DNA of 63,952 bases, counting the filler, from Octopus bimaculoides (lineage: Eukaryota): NCBI RefSeq assembly GCF_001194135.2. It is 9 parts of 7 records of this genome, joined end to end, with 100 filler letters (N's around TTAATTAATTAA, not from the genome) between each part and the next. Parts side by side here need not be neighbours in the genome. Positions count along the whole stretch, not along the records: positions 1 to 15,766 come from NC_068990.1; positions 15,867 to 26,896 come from NC_068997.1; 7 more parts are not named here. One strand, written 5' to 3'. The position numbers and the translations under genes are program-made. Shown here in pieces: positions 12,343 to 26,176 of the stretch. Numbering within the stretch: position 1 is the stretch's first letter; each line of letters begins with the position of its first letter. The notes beneath the pieces are model-generated. The model had not been told where the DNA came from and did not search any database. It worked only from the letters and a program-made list of their open reading frames with translations.

Positions 12343-13766
12343 TATATATGTATATATATAAATATATANNNNNNNNNNNNNNNNNNNNNNNNNNNNNNNN
12401 NNNNNNNNNNNNNNNNNNNNNNNNNNNNNNNNNNNNNNNNNNNNNNNNNNNNNNNNNNNNNNNNNNNNNNNNNNNNNNNNNNNNNNNNNNNNNNNNNNNN
12501 NNNNNNNNNNNNNNNNNNNNNNNNNNNNNNNNNNNNNNNNNNNNNNNNNNNNNNNNNNNNNNNNNNNNNNNNNNNNNNNNNNNNNNNNNNNNNNNNNNNN
12601 NNNNNNNNNNNNNNNNNNNNNNNNNNNNNNNNNNNNNNNNNNNNNNNNNNNNNNNNNNNNNNNNNNNNNNNNNNNNNNNNNNNNNNNNNNNNNNNNNNNN
12701 NNNNNNNNNNNNNNNNNNNNNNNNNNNNNNNNNNNNNNNNNNNNNNNNNNNNNNNNNNNNNNNNNNNNNNNNNNNNNNNNNNNNNNNNNNNNNNNNNNNN
12801 NNNNNNNNNNNNNNNNNNNNNNNNNNNNNNNNNNNNNNNNNNNNNNNNNNNNNNNNNNNNNNNNNNNNNNNNNNNNNNNNNNNNNNNNNNNNNNNNNNNN
12901 NNNNNNNNNNNNNNNNNNNNNNNNNNNNNNNNNNNNNNNNNNNNNNNNNNNNNNNNNNNNNNNNNNNNNNNNNNNNNNNNNNNNNNNNNNNNNNNNNNNN
13001 NNNNNNNAGATAGATGACCTCAGTTCTGTGGCTGTTTAGTTCAATTGTAACGCGTTAATTACGATCATTGTATGCAGTCTACAGTAACGGACAAGCATCA
13101 GGCTTCATATTATATTGTATTTAAGAACAACGGATGCTTTAATGACGTATTAAATTCGTTTTGCAATCATTATTATAAACGAATTGACTTTGGCATAGAA
13201 CTCGGTAAGTAGGATACTGAAACACAAATGCATTCTTAGGTTATTAGTGAACAGTCTTCATTTTAAGGGCGTTGGAAAGTGGGTTCAATCTAATGCGCAC
13301 TCAAAACTATCAATCATTAGAAAAGCGCAAAATAGATTGCGGAAAACTAAGTGAAGTTATACATGACGACGTTCACTGACCAACCTGTAGGTTCTGCGGT
13401 GTGAATGGAATAAGTTACAGACACAGTTCGAAGATTGTCTACTAAAAGTGAATAATCAACGTGATGATGCGGGATTTGTCCTCAGGCTGTTTCACACCAT
13501 CAAAAGAAGCAGGAAACTTAACGCGAGACTTGACCTTTGTGGTAAGGCATAGGAAGGTTATGGATGGTAGACGATGAACCGACAGTTTCCGTGTTCGATT
13601 CAATAGGGATACCAAGCAATAGCAGAGTTCGGGAATAATAGGAAATGGTGTAAGACTACAAATTAGGGAGATGCATTATTAACAAGTTTACTGGTGTACT
13701 ATTTCAGGTTTCTACGGGAAATATCTCGTTCGATGTAATATATGTGCGCATGCGCGTGTGTGCACC

Positions 13767-13834
<68 letters not shown>

Positions 13835-14599
13835 NNNNNNNNNNNNNNNNNNNNNNNNNNNNNNNNNNNNNNNNNNNNNNNNNNNNNNNNNNNNNNNNNN
13901 NNNNNNNNNNNNNNNNNNNNNNNNNNNNNNNNNNNNNNNNNNNNNNNNNNNNNNNNNNNNNNNNNNNNNNNNNNNNNNNNNNNNNNNNNNNNNNNNNNNN
14001 NNNNNNNNNNNNNNNNNNNNNNNNNNNNNNNNNNNNNNNNNNNNNNNNNNNNNNNNNNNNNNNNNNNNNNNNNNNNNNNNNNNNNNNNNNNNNNNNNNNN
14101 NNNNNNNNNNNNNNNNNNNNNNNNNNNNNNNNNNNNNNNNNNNNNNNNNNNNNNNNNNNNNNNNNNNNNNNNNNNNNNNNNNNNNNNNNNNNNNNNNNNN
14201 NNNNNNNNNNNNNNNNNNNNNNNNNNNNNNNNNNNNNNNNNNNNNNNNNNNNNNNNNNNNNNNNNNNNNNNNNNNNNNNNNNNNNNNNNNNNNNNNNNNN
14301 NNNNNNNNNNNNNNNNNNNNNNNNNNNNNNNNNNNNNNNNNNNNNNNNNNNNNNNNNNNNNNNNNNNNNNNNNNNNNNNNNNNNNNNNNNNNNNNNNNNN
14401 NNNNNNNNNNNNNNNNNNNNNNNNNNNNNNNNNNNNNNNNNNNNNNNNNNNNNNNNNNNNNNNNNNNNNNNNNNNNNNNNNNNNNNNNNNNNNNNNNNNN
14501 NNNNNNNNNNNNNNNNNNNNNNNNNNNNNNNNNNNNNNTGTGCGCATGCGCGTGTGTGCACCATATATGTGTGTGTGTGTGTGTGTGTGTATGTGTGTG

Positions 14600-14800
14600 T
14601 ATATTTTTGTGTGTCTGTGTTTGTCCCCCAACTTCGCCTGACACCGATTCTGGTGTGTTTACGTCCCTGTAACTTAGCGGTTCGGCCAAAGAGGCCGATA
14701 GAATAAGTACTAGGCTTACAAAGAATAAGTCCTGGGGTCGATTTGCTCGACTAAAGGTGGTGCTCCAGCATGGCCGCAGTCAAATGACTGAAACAAGTAA
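14600..14800 (+). mobile_element. SINE family A tail
   Basis: Ends in GGTGCTCCAGCATGGCCGCAGTCAAATGACTGAAACAAGTAAAAGA. Confidence 0.9.
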
Positions 14801-15430
14801 AAGAGAGAGAGAGGGAGTATATTTTGACTTCACATATATATGCATACATAGAGACATATTTAGTTCGTTTAGAGCGAGCCATTTTAATACCGAGTGAATG
14901 TAGCGACATAACACGATAGCTTTATGAATTAAACCAACGACAAAGAGCTATCCACATCTCACATATGACGAAAAATCAAGCATCTCCAAAGACATGTAAA
15001 TGTTTACATAAATATTCACTATATCAGCCGTGGTCGAACTACAAACGTAGCTGTCTAACCAGACAGTATATGGTAGCTAATCCCATCAGGATTTTATTTT
15101 TAGTATAAAACGAAGAGAAACAGAGTAGAAGGTTTGATTTAACATTATGAAAAATTAACTATCACACAAATATAAAAAAAAATATCTTCAGAATGTTCTA
15201 ATGGAAGAATATAGGTTAGTAAGCTTGAATAATGGACATAAGGGCATATATTACAGGTAAGCGTAGATATGCTCATATGAGTACAGCCCTGCAATATGAC
15301 CTGATGTGATTAATATATTCAATCAGCTTCTACAAATGTATATAATATATAGAGGCATATCTATGTACTTATACTTGATACATTTTAACTCTACACATAT
15401 ATATTGATACGAAGAGTCATAATCCATCTG

Positions 15431-15497
<67 letters not shown>

Positions 15498-16942
15498 CTT
15501 CTCACGGACGTGCTGTCACATCGGCTGCAGAGGTAAATGTTTATTTGACCTTTTATTGTCCACATTTTGTTGGAATTTTTGTATATAAGGTGTGTAAAGC
15601 ACCCAAATTTCTTTTTATTGTGTTTTCAAGGTAGGAATTGCCCCTTAGGGGCAGTTTCAACCTTTTTAAAATTATATATTTTCTTCACGACATTGAAAAA
15701 TGTCGAGAAACATAGTCATAGAACGCTGGACAGAAACATTGATGAACGAACATTTTCCTAGACTTGNNNNNNNNNNNNNNNNNNNNNNNNNNNNNNNNNN
15801 NNNNNNNNNNTTAATTAATTAANNNNNNNNNNNNNNNNNNNNNNNNNNNNNNNNNNNNNNNNNNNNCACACACACACATATACACACACATATATGTATA
15901 TATAAATATACATATGTATATATATGTATACACACACATATATATATATATGCATATATATATGTATATGTGCATGTTCCAGCATGACTACAGCCATTTG
16001 GCTGAAACCTATAAATAAAATAAAATAAATATATATATATATATATATATATAAAGAAATTGATAGATAGATAGATGATAGATACACACACACACCTACA
16101 CGTGTATATATACAAATTGAGAGATATGCAGACACAGACACACAAATACACAGTCATGTAAATATATGCATATATGTATGTCTGTATGTATGTATGTGTG
16201 TAAACATGTATATATCTATTTATATATCTATCTGTGAGTGCTTAAACACATACAAATATACATTTATACATACATACACGTACACACACACACGCACACA
16301 CACACACACACACATACATACATACATATAGATATATACATACATTTTCGATCGAGATAATTTTCATTATCAATAATCACTCTTCACCCACCTCCTACCT
16401 CACTTCGTCTCATACTTTTTCTTCCAGGTCTTTTCCTCTTAAATTTCTTTTTTCTTCCCTTTTCTCCTTTCGATAATTTTCTTGTTCTTGTCTCCTCCAT
16501 TTTATTCAATTGCTTCTGCTTTCTCATCACAGTCTTATTCGCTTTTCCTTCCACGTTACCCCACACCCCACTCTCTCTCTATTTGTTTCAGTCTTACTCT
16601 CTCTTTCTCTCTGATTTTCTTCCATCTTACCAAATCCTGTTTTTCCTAATTCTGTCACCGACAGTTGTTTTATATTATGCCAGTCTCTCTTCGTCACGAG
16701 CTCTGCCTCTTTCACTCTCCCGATCTTCCTCTCCCTGCCACTCTTCTTCTCCCTTCATCATTCCATGTTACATAAACCACAGCACTTCACAACACTTCCT
16801 CGTCTCGCAATTATCCAATAAAGGCAAGAAAAACAAAATGAATTGGATCGGAGAAAAAGAAATTTAGAAACAAAGGGAATAATAACAGTAGCAAGAAAAA
16901 AACTGATATTAAGAAGAACAAGAAGTATAAAGAAGAAGACAG

Positions 16943-17007
<65 letters not shown>

Positions 17008-18941
17008 TAATAACAACAACTTTGAAAACGGATATAAATGAACCCAACGATTTCTATAGATTTTTTTATATTTTGCTCAATGTTCGTCGAGAAATTGAAG
17101 ATTTCGAAGACTCTTGCAGTTTTTAAACTAATAAATAAATATATTAAAGAGAAATAAATAAATGATGAAGGAAAAAAAAGACAGAAACAGAAAAACAACA
17201 ACAAAAAATAACGGCGTTTTAAAAGAATGTAACAACGAGAGAGGTTAAGAAATTTACTGTAATATTGACTTGGTGGAAATCTTTCAGCGGTAGGCGTTAA
17301 CTTATANNNNNNNNNNNNNNNNNNNNNNNNNNNNNNNNNNNNNNNNNNNNNNNNNNNNNNNNNNNNNNGAAACAAAATAAGTAACTATATAAAATAATTA
17401 TGATGATAATAATAATGATAATAAAAAAAACAGCCAACCGAAATCGATTAACCAGCTAAAAGCCAAATTGAAACACTCAATTGAACAGCTTCCTCCATCT
17501 TTGACACGATTCTTTTCTTTTATTTTGTGTTGCGAATTTTGCAAAACACGTCGTGTGGTTTTATCATAAAGCGCTTGAAAAATAAGAATAACATATTTGT
17601 TGTTGTTGTTGTTGTCGTTAGTCTTCTTCTTCTTCTTCTTTCTTTCTTTTTCTTTCTTTCTTCCTTTCTTTTTCTTTCTTTCTTTCTTCCTTTCTTTTTC
17701 TTCTTTTCTTTCTTTTCGCCATCTGCCGTTAAATATGCCTAAGTTAAACAAACTAAATTGATATAATGGCAGAAATGAGCTGTAGTTGTTCACAAACAAA
17801 TCTTCTCCAACTTTTCCTTCTTTATTATGAAAACTGCTGATTCTAATATATTTTGAATAAGTTTCTATTTTTTTATTTTATGAGGCATTGAAAACTACAG
17901 AATCCGAGAATAATGGCGGTGCTATGTGTATGTAAAATTTCATTCATCGATGTTTTTATAAATGAGTTCTGTGAATTGGTTTGCGGTAAGAAGTGAAAAG
18001 AATCCAATGCTCAGAGAATTTGCCTGTCTTCTGAGATTGAAATGAATAAGGAATATCGTTTTGGTTGCAAGATGGAGAATGCTTGTCTGAGAGATCAACA
18101 ATGTTACTCATCGTTTTGAAGGACTTTGTGAATATAGGAAAATGGAGACAGAGAAAGCAGCAGGAAGCAGTTCTAGATGTCGAATCACCTTCAGAGCAGA
18201 AGTTTGGTTTAATTGCTTGCAATAAGGTGGACTCCTCTAAAAACAACCAGGTGCAAAGTTGCCGTGAGGAGAGAGTAAGAAATGACCATACTCTTGGCAT
18301 ATGAAACTCCGTCTAGACTGAGTCAGACGTAGGTTCAAATTTAATTTGAATATCTTCAGATCAATGTCTACAGGAGAGAATTTACGAGAGGCACAATTTT
18401 GAGACGAGACAAGTCTGGGTGGGTGAAGTATTTAGTACAGGATCTAGCGGTGGAACGAGAGATCGTGAAAGGAACAGAGGGAGGAGAGACGAGTATTTTG
18501 AGAGTGACTTGGTTTGTTTGTAACTGTGCCTATTCGTGTGCATGTGTGAGTAAGCTGCTTCGCAATTCGGAGGAGTAGAAGGCGTTGTAATACAGCAGAA
18601 AAAGGTAAAAACAGGAAACAAACATGAATGGAATCCAGTGGTTGTAGAGCGTTGATGAATAGATATTTGCTAAACAGTTGAATGGCTGTCTTTGGGACTC
18701 ACTCGACGATGTTGCTGTATGGAATAGCTGCACTGTGACATAATAACTGCCAGTTTTACTATTCTTAGAGAAACCACTCTTCGGAACTCGTTATGCCCCA
18801 AAGCTTCCAAACACTCCTAATAAATCAATAAAACGAAGAATTAATCCCTCTCTTTTTCTCTCTCACTCCTTCTCTATCTAATTTGCATACGCCCACTCAC
18901 GCTAGATAGTCGTAGGATCGACTAGTCACGACTAGCTTCTT

Positions 18942-19438
18942 GAATACCCTAAGTTTATTTCTATTCTTGTTGATGAGACATCTGATGTCTCAGCATATTC
19001 ACAACTGCCAACAGTTTTACGTTATGTTACAGAAGACTGTGTGACGAAAGAACGGTTCATCGGTTTTAGTGATGTTAGTGCAGATCGCTCTGCAAATGCT
19101 TTATCTGAACATGTTTTTAAACGCATTGAGACGTGAGAATGTGGAAACAAATTGATTGCACAGACATATGATGGTGCCGCTTCAATGGAAGGACAATTAA
19201 ATGGGTAAGAAAGAAATATGAATGTGTGATCTTTATTCATTGCTGTGCCCATATCCTAACAGAGCCATTTTTTAATTCCTTGCTTATTCTAGGTCATACG
19301 AGGGTGATTGCATATTCAGAATCTTCCATATGTAAATGGTAGGAATACGAACATTTTTTTACTGAAAAATTGCCGGGGAGGGGGGAGGACAAAGAAATTT
19401 ATTGCATGCCCAACCCCGGAAGTCACCACACGCCACTG
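18942..19438 (+). mobile_element. Internally deleted hAT (Tip100/ZMYM1-like) transposase remnant with right TIR
   Basis: Reads KFISILVDETSDVS..QL..VLRYV...ERFIGF...KLIAQTYDGAASMEGQLNG, then IHCCAH. It has an in-frame stop and ends in CACGCCACTG (reverse complement CAGTGGCGTG). Confidence 0.85.
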
Positions 19439-19470
<32 letters not shown>

Positions 19471-20896
19471 GTATGTATGTGTATGTAAAACAGATACAAC
19501 ACACATGCACATATAAAGGTACAGTCACGCGCGTGCAGACACCCCCCCCACACACACGTATACACTTATAAGCGTTCGTAAATTTCGACACTTCAGTGAG
19601 GCGCAGAGAAACCGGATTCCTGTTGAATCGTGACCAAAACGTGTTTGCCTGTTGGCTGTCGCAGAAATGTTCCATCGTCAAATATATTTTATAAAGTAAT
19701 TCTTTATTCCATTTTGTTGTTGTTGTTAATGTTGTTGTCACTTCTGTTCTTCCTGTCGTTCGTATTGTTATCAATTTGCATTATTCTCATCGTCGCCATC
19801 ATCGTAGCCCTCACTTTTGATGCGATCTCATTATGAAAGTTCTGTAGCTTTTAGTTTTGTCCTTTCTTCATTGTACAATGAGTAACGCTCCGTTTTTTTT
19901 TTCATCATCGCCTTTGCAAATATTTCTACACCATTCACACTAATATAATAACTCAATTTAGCATTTTGCAATATCGATTTTGACGGTTAGAAATGTATGA
20001 AATGTATAGAGTTGCCTTGTAAATAGCGAGTGGAAAGAGTTTAGAACACGAACAACAAATAAACCCTATCACATTTAAAAATCAATAACATAACTTCTAT
20101 CATCACACTTATGATATATATATATATATATATACACACCTACGTACGTATGTATATACGTAAATATACCTACATATATACGAAATACCAAAACAAGCAC
20201 GGATGTATAGATTCATATGAATATTACTAACTATTTTCTGCTGGTATTGTTTGATTTTTGTTTTTTGCTTGTTTGTTATGTCGTTTCTGTAACTGAGGAT
20301 GTTTGCAAAATCCGCCTTTTCCTGTCAAATCTCCATTGTTATAGAATCTCTGTTGAAGTTGACGAGAAAGCATCTGTGTGTGCTGTTCTCTTTCAGCCCA
20401 ACTTCACACTGCACGCACAAGACGCATCTCCTTCAATCGTATCCCACCCCCCACTTCGTATCCATTTCACCAAGTTCTTTACCGTGCATACATAGATATC
20501 AAGTGCAACAGTACCTGCCCTCGCTCGTAGCTTCAACCCAGCAGGACCACCAGCGATAACACGGTCTCTCCTATAACCCTGAAACAATGTACCTTAGAGG
20601 TTAATGGCAAGCAAGGACGAGAGTTAGAGGGCACAGGGAAAAAAGGGCCTTTCTAACTTTTATTTTTTATCTTTCACTTGCTTCAGTCACTAAAATACGG
20701 CCATGCTGGAGCATCGGATAATTAGAGGCCGAAAACGAGATGATAGAAGTTGATAAANNNNNNNNNNNNNNNNNNNNNNNNNNNNNNNNNNNNNNNNNNN
20801 NNNNNNNNNNNNNNNNNNNNNNNNNNNNNNNNNNNNNNNNNNNNNNNNNNNNNNNNNNNNNNNNNNNNNNNNNNNNNNNNNNNNNNNNNNNNNNNN

Positions 20897-20951
<55 letters not shown>

Positions 20952-21571
20952 TACTCGCACACACGCATACGACGGCACACGGTATGCTGTATTTGCTAGT
21001 TGTATTACAACCAAACATGACGAACAAGGTGAAGAGTACTCAATACAGGAACAGAGTCGATATTATGATAGTTAAAAGCTGACAACGGTTTCATTTTGTA
21101 ATGTTTCTTGCCAAGACGGCAGTCCACAAGTAAGATCTCTAGCTTTTAAATATATTTGAAAACGCAAACAGTTGTGTCGTTGTTCATATTGGTTTGTTTA
21201 CAAATTCATTACGTTTAATATGATTTATATTAAATTCGAACAGAAAGTTTATTGCGAACAGACCTCTTTAAAGAAGGAAATCAAACATTGACACACACAC
21301 ACATCTATATATACATGCACATATATGTACACACGGACATACGGACACACGCACGCACACATATGTACATGTCTGTGGAAAGTTGAATGAACCTCGGCAG
21401 TAATTCTCTTGAACAAGTTATATGGAGTAGCATTTGCATAAATAGTTTATTTGTGAAGAAAGAATAAGATAAATTGTTTATTCCCAATTCACAGAGTATG
21501 ACTCTCTTAACCTTATTACCTCATCTAAGCAGATACACGTTGTTGTATCTAACATAATAATAATAATAATA

Positions 21572-21620
<49 letters not shown>

Positions 21621-21627
21621 TAATAAT

Positions 21628-21822
21628 AGTGGTCTCGAATTTTGGCACCCGGCCCCCAAAAAGTTCGAGTGAAGGGGTAAGTCGATGCCATCGGCCCCAG
21701 TGCTCTACTGATACTTATATAAGTCGATCTCGACGGAATTTGAACTCAGAACGTAAAAACGAACGAAAGGTCTCCAAGCATTTTGTCCAGCGTGCTAACG
21801 ATTCTTCCAATTCACTGCCTTC
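21628..21822 (-). mobile_element. SINE family B flanked by (TAA)n on both sides
   Basis: Reverse-complement head AGGCAGTGAATTGGAAGAATCGTTAGC. TAA tracts at 21554-21626 and 21823-21917. Confidence 0.8.
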
Positions 21823-21919
<97 letters not shown>

Positions 21920-23341
21920 GGATGCAGTACCAGGCAATGGCTCTCATGGCTTCTGATCTTAAATGATTGGAAGTGTTATCATGTACATTGTTTTGTCTTG
22001 ATATAAAAGATGGGCTGCAGCAAATATTCTGCTCAATACCACAGATTTGCTTGTGAGTTGTTTGACCTTAACCAGTTGAACATGTCCTTTGGTGGCTGAT
22101 GATATGTGCATCTCTGATCACAAGCAGAAGTAGTGGGGGAGCATCATAGCTATGTGTTGAGATGTGGCTGCTAATTGTCATTAGTATTTGACTGGTACTC
22201 AGTACTTCTTTTGTACTTTGTTTTAATGACTCCGAGAGGACGAAAGGCAAGGTAGACTCCGACGGGATTAAAATCAGACCTTAAAAGGCCAGCACAAGCA
22301 CCGCAAGGCATTTTTTCCCGACACTTTATATATTCTGCCAATAATGCCTGTGTGTGTGCGTGTGCATGTGCGTATATGTGTGAGTGTGTGTGTGAGTGTG
22401 TGCGTAATTTAATGTGAAGATGAGGCTTTCATGCCCTGTTACTTAAAGTTTTGCGTTTCCGCTTGTTAACGCTTTATTTTCATATTTATTCTAATTCATG
22501 TATTGATTGCGTTCCTTCCATCCCGTTTATAAACCTTATTTATCTACATCCCTAATACTTACACCTTTCCAAGCATACACTAACACGAACATATATATAT
22601 ATTTGTGTGTGTGTGCGTCTGTGAACAAATATTCCTAAAAAATGATGTCCCCAGAAACAAAATTTTCTCCATTTTGGTCTTCTTTATTTATGCTATTAGC
22701 AATGTCAGTGAAATCTCGCCACATATTCTCACGATTTCCATTCACAAGGAAAGTACTTTAACCAAACATTCCATTAAAAGTGATTAAACACAGCTGAGAT
22801 TGATAGAAGCACGTCTAATCCATATCTAAACAAACTAGAGAGACGTAGATTTCGCTGGTATCATTTTGGCAGAGATAACAACACAGACCGACTTTATTCG
22901 CCATATCTTATTGCATCTTATTTCCTTTGCTTCCTACTGATTCAATTGAGTGACATCCAGCGTAATGTTGTCTTATTTTCTGCATTAATGGCGGCTCAGT
23001 GTGCAAGGATGGTCCTGCTGTTCTGAATGGAGCTTTGCTGTCGTGCTGCAATCAAATTGGAACAGCAACATTTGCTAACATAATCAGATTCTTACGTGTG
23101 TGTCATTTTAGCCTCTGATATGAGGACATTCACTAGGTAATCACTCTTACTGCTAAAAATAGAAGACAAATCTATCTCAAACTACACCATACTGTTAAAA
23201 AAATATATATAAATACGCATCGTGTGTCCATGATTTTGTGCATCAGAATGTTTAACTGTTTGTGTATGTGTCTGTATGCATATAGTGTGTGTGTGTTTAT
23301 GTCCGTTTATGTATAATTAGGAATACGCTCACACTTTTCAA

Positions 23342-23722
23342 CACTGTGGCTGTAACATGGCGATTGGTTACGAAGTCCGCTCCGTAATTATGAGAACCCG
23401 TATTCTAACGCATTGCATAGCGTTTTGGGAATATGTCTTCTACTATGGACTCGTGTCGGATTTAGTCTTTGAGTAAAAACGAGAAGACGGAAATTGTGTG
23501 GAAGCCTGTCAAATGGGTGGTATTTGTAATTCAAAGGTCCAGTCTTGATATGCACTGTCACGCACCATCACGCACTGTCACGCATCATCACGCACTGTCA
23601 CGCTGACTCCACTTGAGAATTACGTTATGGGTACACGTGTCTATGGAGTACTCAGCCGGTTACACGTTAATTTAACAGATACGTAGTTCACTTGATCCAA
23701 CAACTGAATGATCATCGCAGAG
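23342..23722 (+). mobile_element. Old composite SINE (A-like head, C-like tail) with an internal 10-bp tandem repeat
   Basis: TCTTCTACTATGG and GACGGAAATTG head. The GTCTATGGAGTACTCAGCC tail is shared with 25884-26176. (CACTGTCACG/CACCATCACG)n lies at about 23552-23603. Confidence 0.6.
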
Positions 23723-25047
23723 AGCGATGGACGACCATCTCACTAATTTGTATATACATGAGTGTGCACCAAGGTAATAGAGTTGACTACGACCCCCACC
23801 CCTCACAGCTAGATAGTTAAAATTCCGATCGATCATCTTTACTTTTAGTTCTCCTGACGAAGCTTAAGGTTTTGCTTTGATGTAATCGCTCATACACCTT
23901 TCTGCGCAAAGACTCCTCTGCTGGTTCATCCTTATAAGTTAGTGTGTTAGCATATCTAATGTAGTCAACCAAATGTTTTAATTAATCAAAACGATACTTT
24001 TAATGATGTGAATAGTCATTAACCGAGTAATTAATTCTGGCAATTAGTAGACAATCCCGAAATTTTAATAAACAATTTACTGAATAGAGTGGGAAGTGTG
24101 ATGATAACAGTAAGAGAAAGACATTACTGAACCGCCTCTGCGTAGCATAGACTAACCCTTGTAACAGAGAAGTGTGTTTAGAATTTCGGGAATGAACACA
24201 GAATGGCGCTTAAACTTCAAAGAATGACTGGGAAAATATTCAGGAGTGCTTGTTGTATTAAAATGTCGCCCTGCAGATCATGTCCCCAATTTTCCTGCTG
24301 ATATTTCTGTTTTAGATTACATAATTTCAACTGGTATTTTCCTAAAGAAGCCATAAGACTGACGACGGGGCCGCAGCTTCCCACTTGCATTGTCTTAAAA
24401 TAGACTGCCGTCGGTTCTGTTGTATAAAGTGATGTATGTGATAAATTTAAACCAGGAATCCAATAAGCCGATAATTTAATTAAACTAAGACTTAGATAAT
24501 CGGATAAGTAGCAAATTGTCTTCTAGGAGGAAAGCCATAGACGTTTTAATGTCGTAGGAAGTTGGTTATTGTAACCTAGTGTGTAGGCATGTACGTATAT
24601 ACTTCAGTTCATTCCCATGTCAGTATGTAGGTGTGCTTACTGTGTTACATGTGTGCGCGTGTTGAATATGGTGTATATGTATATACTTAGAGAACTGTAT
24701 ATGTGCACGTTTGTACAGTGTATCATAATAGTGTGGGGGTGTGCACACCTATTTAATTTAGATATATGTGCTCTGCGTATGTGTGTGTGTTTGTTTATAT
24801 ATTGTTAAGCAGACATGTAATCAATCGCATGTGTATGCATATATGTATGTATGTATATATCAATTGCTGTCAAGAACCCAGTATTTCGTTTTCTAACAAT
24901 AGTACGCTAGAAAGTATATTAAAAGCTTACAAGTCAATACTGTGTCTTGTCTTGTGTTAGTAGTGCAGTATATTCACTTCTAAGATTATCTCTACGTAGC
25001 TTCTTTATAGAATTCGTTAAATTTCTAAACTTAGTGGCTAGTTGATG

Positions 25048-25105
25048 GGTTGTATGTAGTGCTGATGAAAGAGCAATAACTCTTGAAATATGTATATACA
25101 ACCAT
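25048..25105 (+). ncRNA. Type I minimal hammerhead ribozyme candidate, core intact
   Basis: CTGATGA (25062-68), stem II AAGAG(CAATAA)CTCTT, GAAA, TATG, then TA. Predicted GUA cleavage after 25094. Flanks GGTTGTATG/TATACAACC can pair. Confidence 0.7.
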
Positions 25106-25160
25106 TCCCTTCTTTTTCTATCTTCGATCGCATTGTTTATATAGACGATACCGATATTTT

Positions 25161-25508
25161 TTACTTGTTTCAGTCATTTGACTGCGGCCATGCTGGAGCA
25201 CCGCCTTGAAGGATCTTAGTCGAGTAAATTGACCCCCCTTACTTATTTCTAAACCTTAGTATTTATTGTATTGGCTTCCTTTGACGAACCACTGGGTTAC
25301 AAGAACATAAACACACCAACACCACTTGTCAAGTGGTGATAGGGGGGGGGGATAAACACACACATACATACACAACAGGCTTCTTTCAGTTTCCGTAAAC
25401 CAAATCCATTCACAAGGCCTTGTTTGGTCCGACGCTATAGTTGAAGACACTTGCCCAAGGTGCCATACAGTGGGACTGAACCCGGAACCATGAGAGTGGG
25501 AAGTAAGC
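25161..25508 (-). mobile_element. SINE family A
   Basis: Colinear with 33603-34015. Confidence 0.9.
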
Positions 25509-25883
25509 ACATATGATTATATGTGTCTGAATGTCGCTGAAGCAGAGTTAGCCTTGGTTGGGCGATGATGAAAGACTTTTCATCTCATCTGTTCAGGGAC
25601 TGACTCTATTATCCAAAGTGTCACTTCGTTTCCTAAGATAGAAGAATGTTATTTTAGTGAGATTTGGCTGATGTTTCTAGGCTTCGTTGTTGTGAATGTT
25701 CTTGTTGCTTAGCTCGAGTTGAGCACTGATTGAGCGCGTTCCAGTCGTGACTAACCCGTATTTCTGAGTGTCTAAGAATATATATATTTCAGTCTATCTT
25801 CATTTAGCTCCAATTTTATCTCGTTTCAATTCATTCAAGCGAGGGGTCCTCTTAGTTTCAACGTAATATTATTTGGCAATGAT

Positions 25884-26176
25884 AAGATGGCGCATGGCTT
25901 AATGGTTAAGGTAATCGGCTCCTGATCGTAAGATTGTGAGTTCGATTCCCGGCGACGCGTTGTGTCCTTCAGCAAGACACTTTACTTTACGTTGCTTCAC
26001 TCCATTCAGCTGATAAAACTGAGTTGTACCGGTTATTCAAAAAGCCGGCTTTGTCCCATTCTGTGTCACACTAAATCTCACCGAGAGCTACGCTAAAGGC
26101 ATGCGTGTCTGTGGAGTACTCAGCCACTTTCAGGCTGTTCTGTTGATTGGAGCAACTGGAACAATCATCGTGGACT
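25884..26176 (+). mobile_element. tRNA-derived SINE family C
   Basis: A-box-like TGGCTTAATGG, B-box GAGTTCGATTCCC, then TGTCCTTCAGCAAGACAC and the GTCTGTGGAGTACTCAGCC tail. Confidence 0.8.

Noticed and set aside
13743-14590. Repeat of TGTGCGCATGCGCGTGTGTGCACCATATATGTG across a gap
   Set aside because: Same gap-flanking overlap artefact.
17956-18300. 114-aa minus-strand ORF as a gene
   Set aside because: No recognisable domain and no convincing splice sites. It is kept only as part of a unique island.
20393-20587. RVIAGGPAGL resembling a Rossmann GxGxxG motif
   Set aside because: The first Gly is missing and splice signals are weak. The opposite strand has a faint mariner-like YNPET, so it is probably TE debris or chance.
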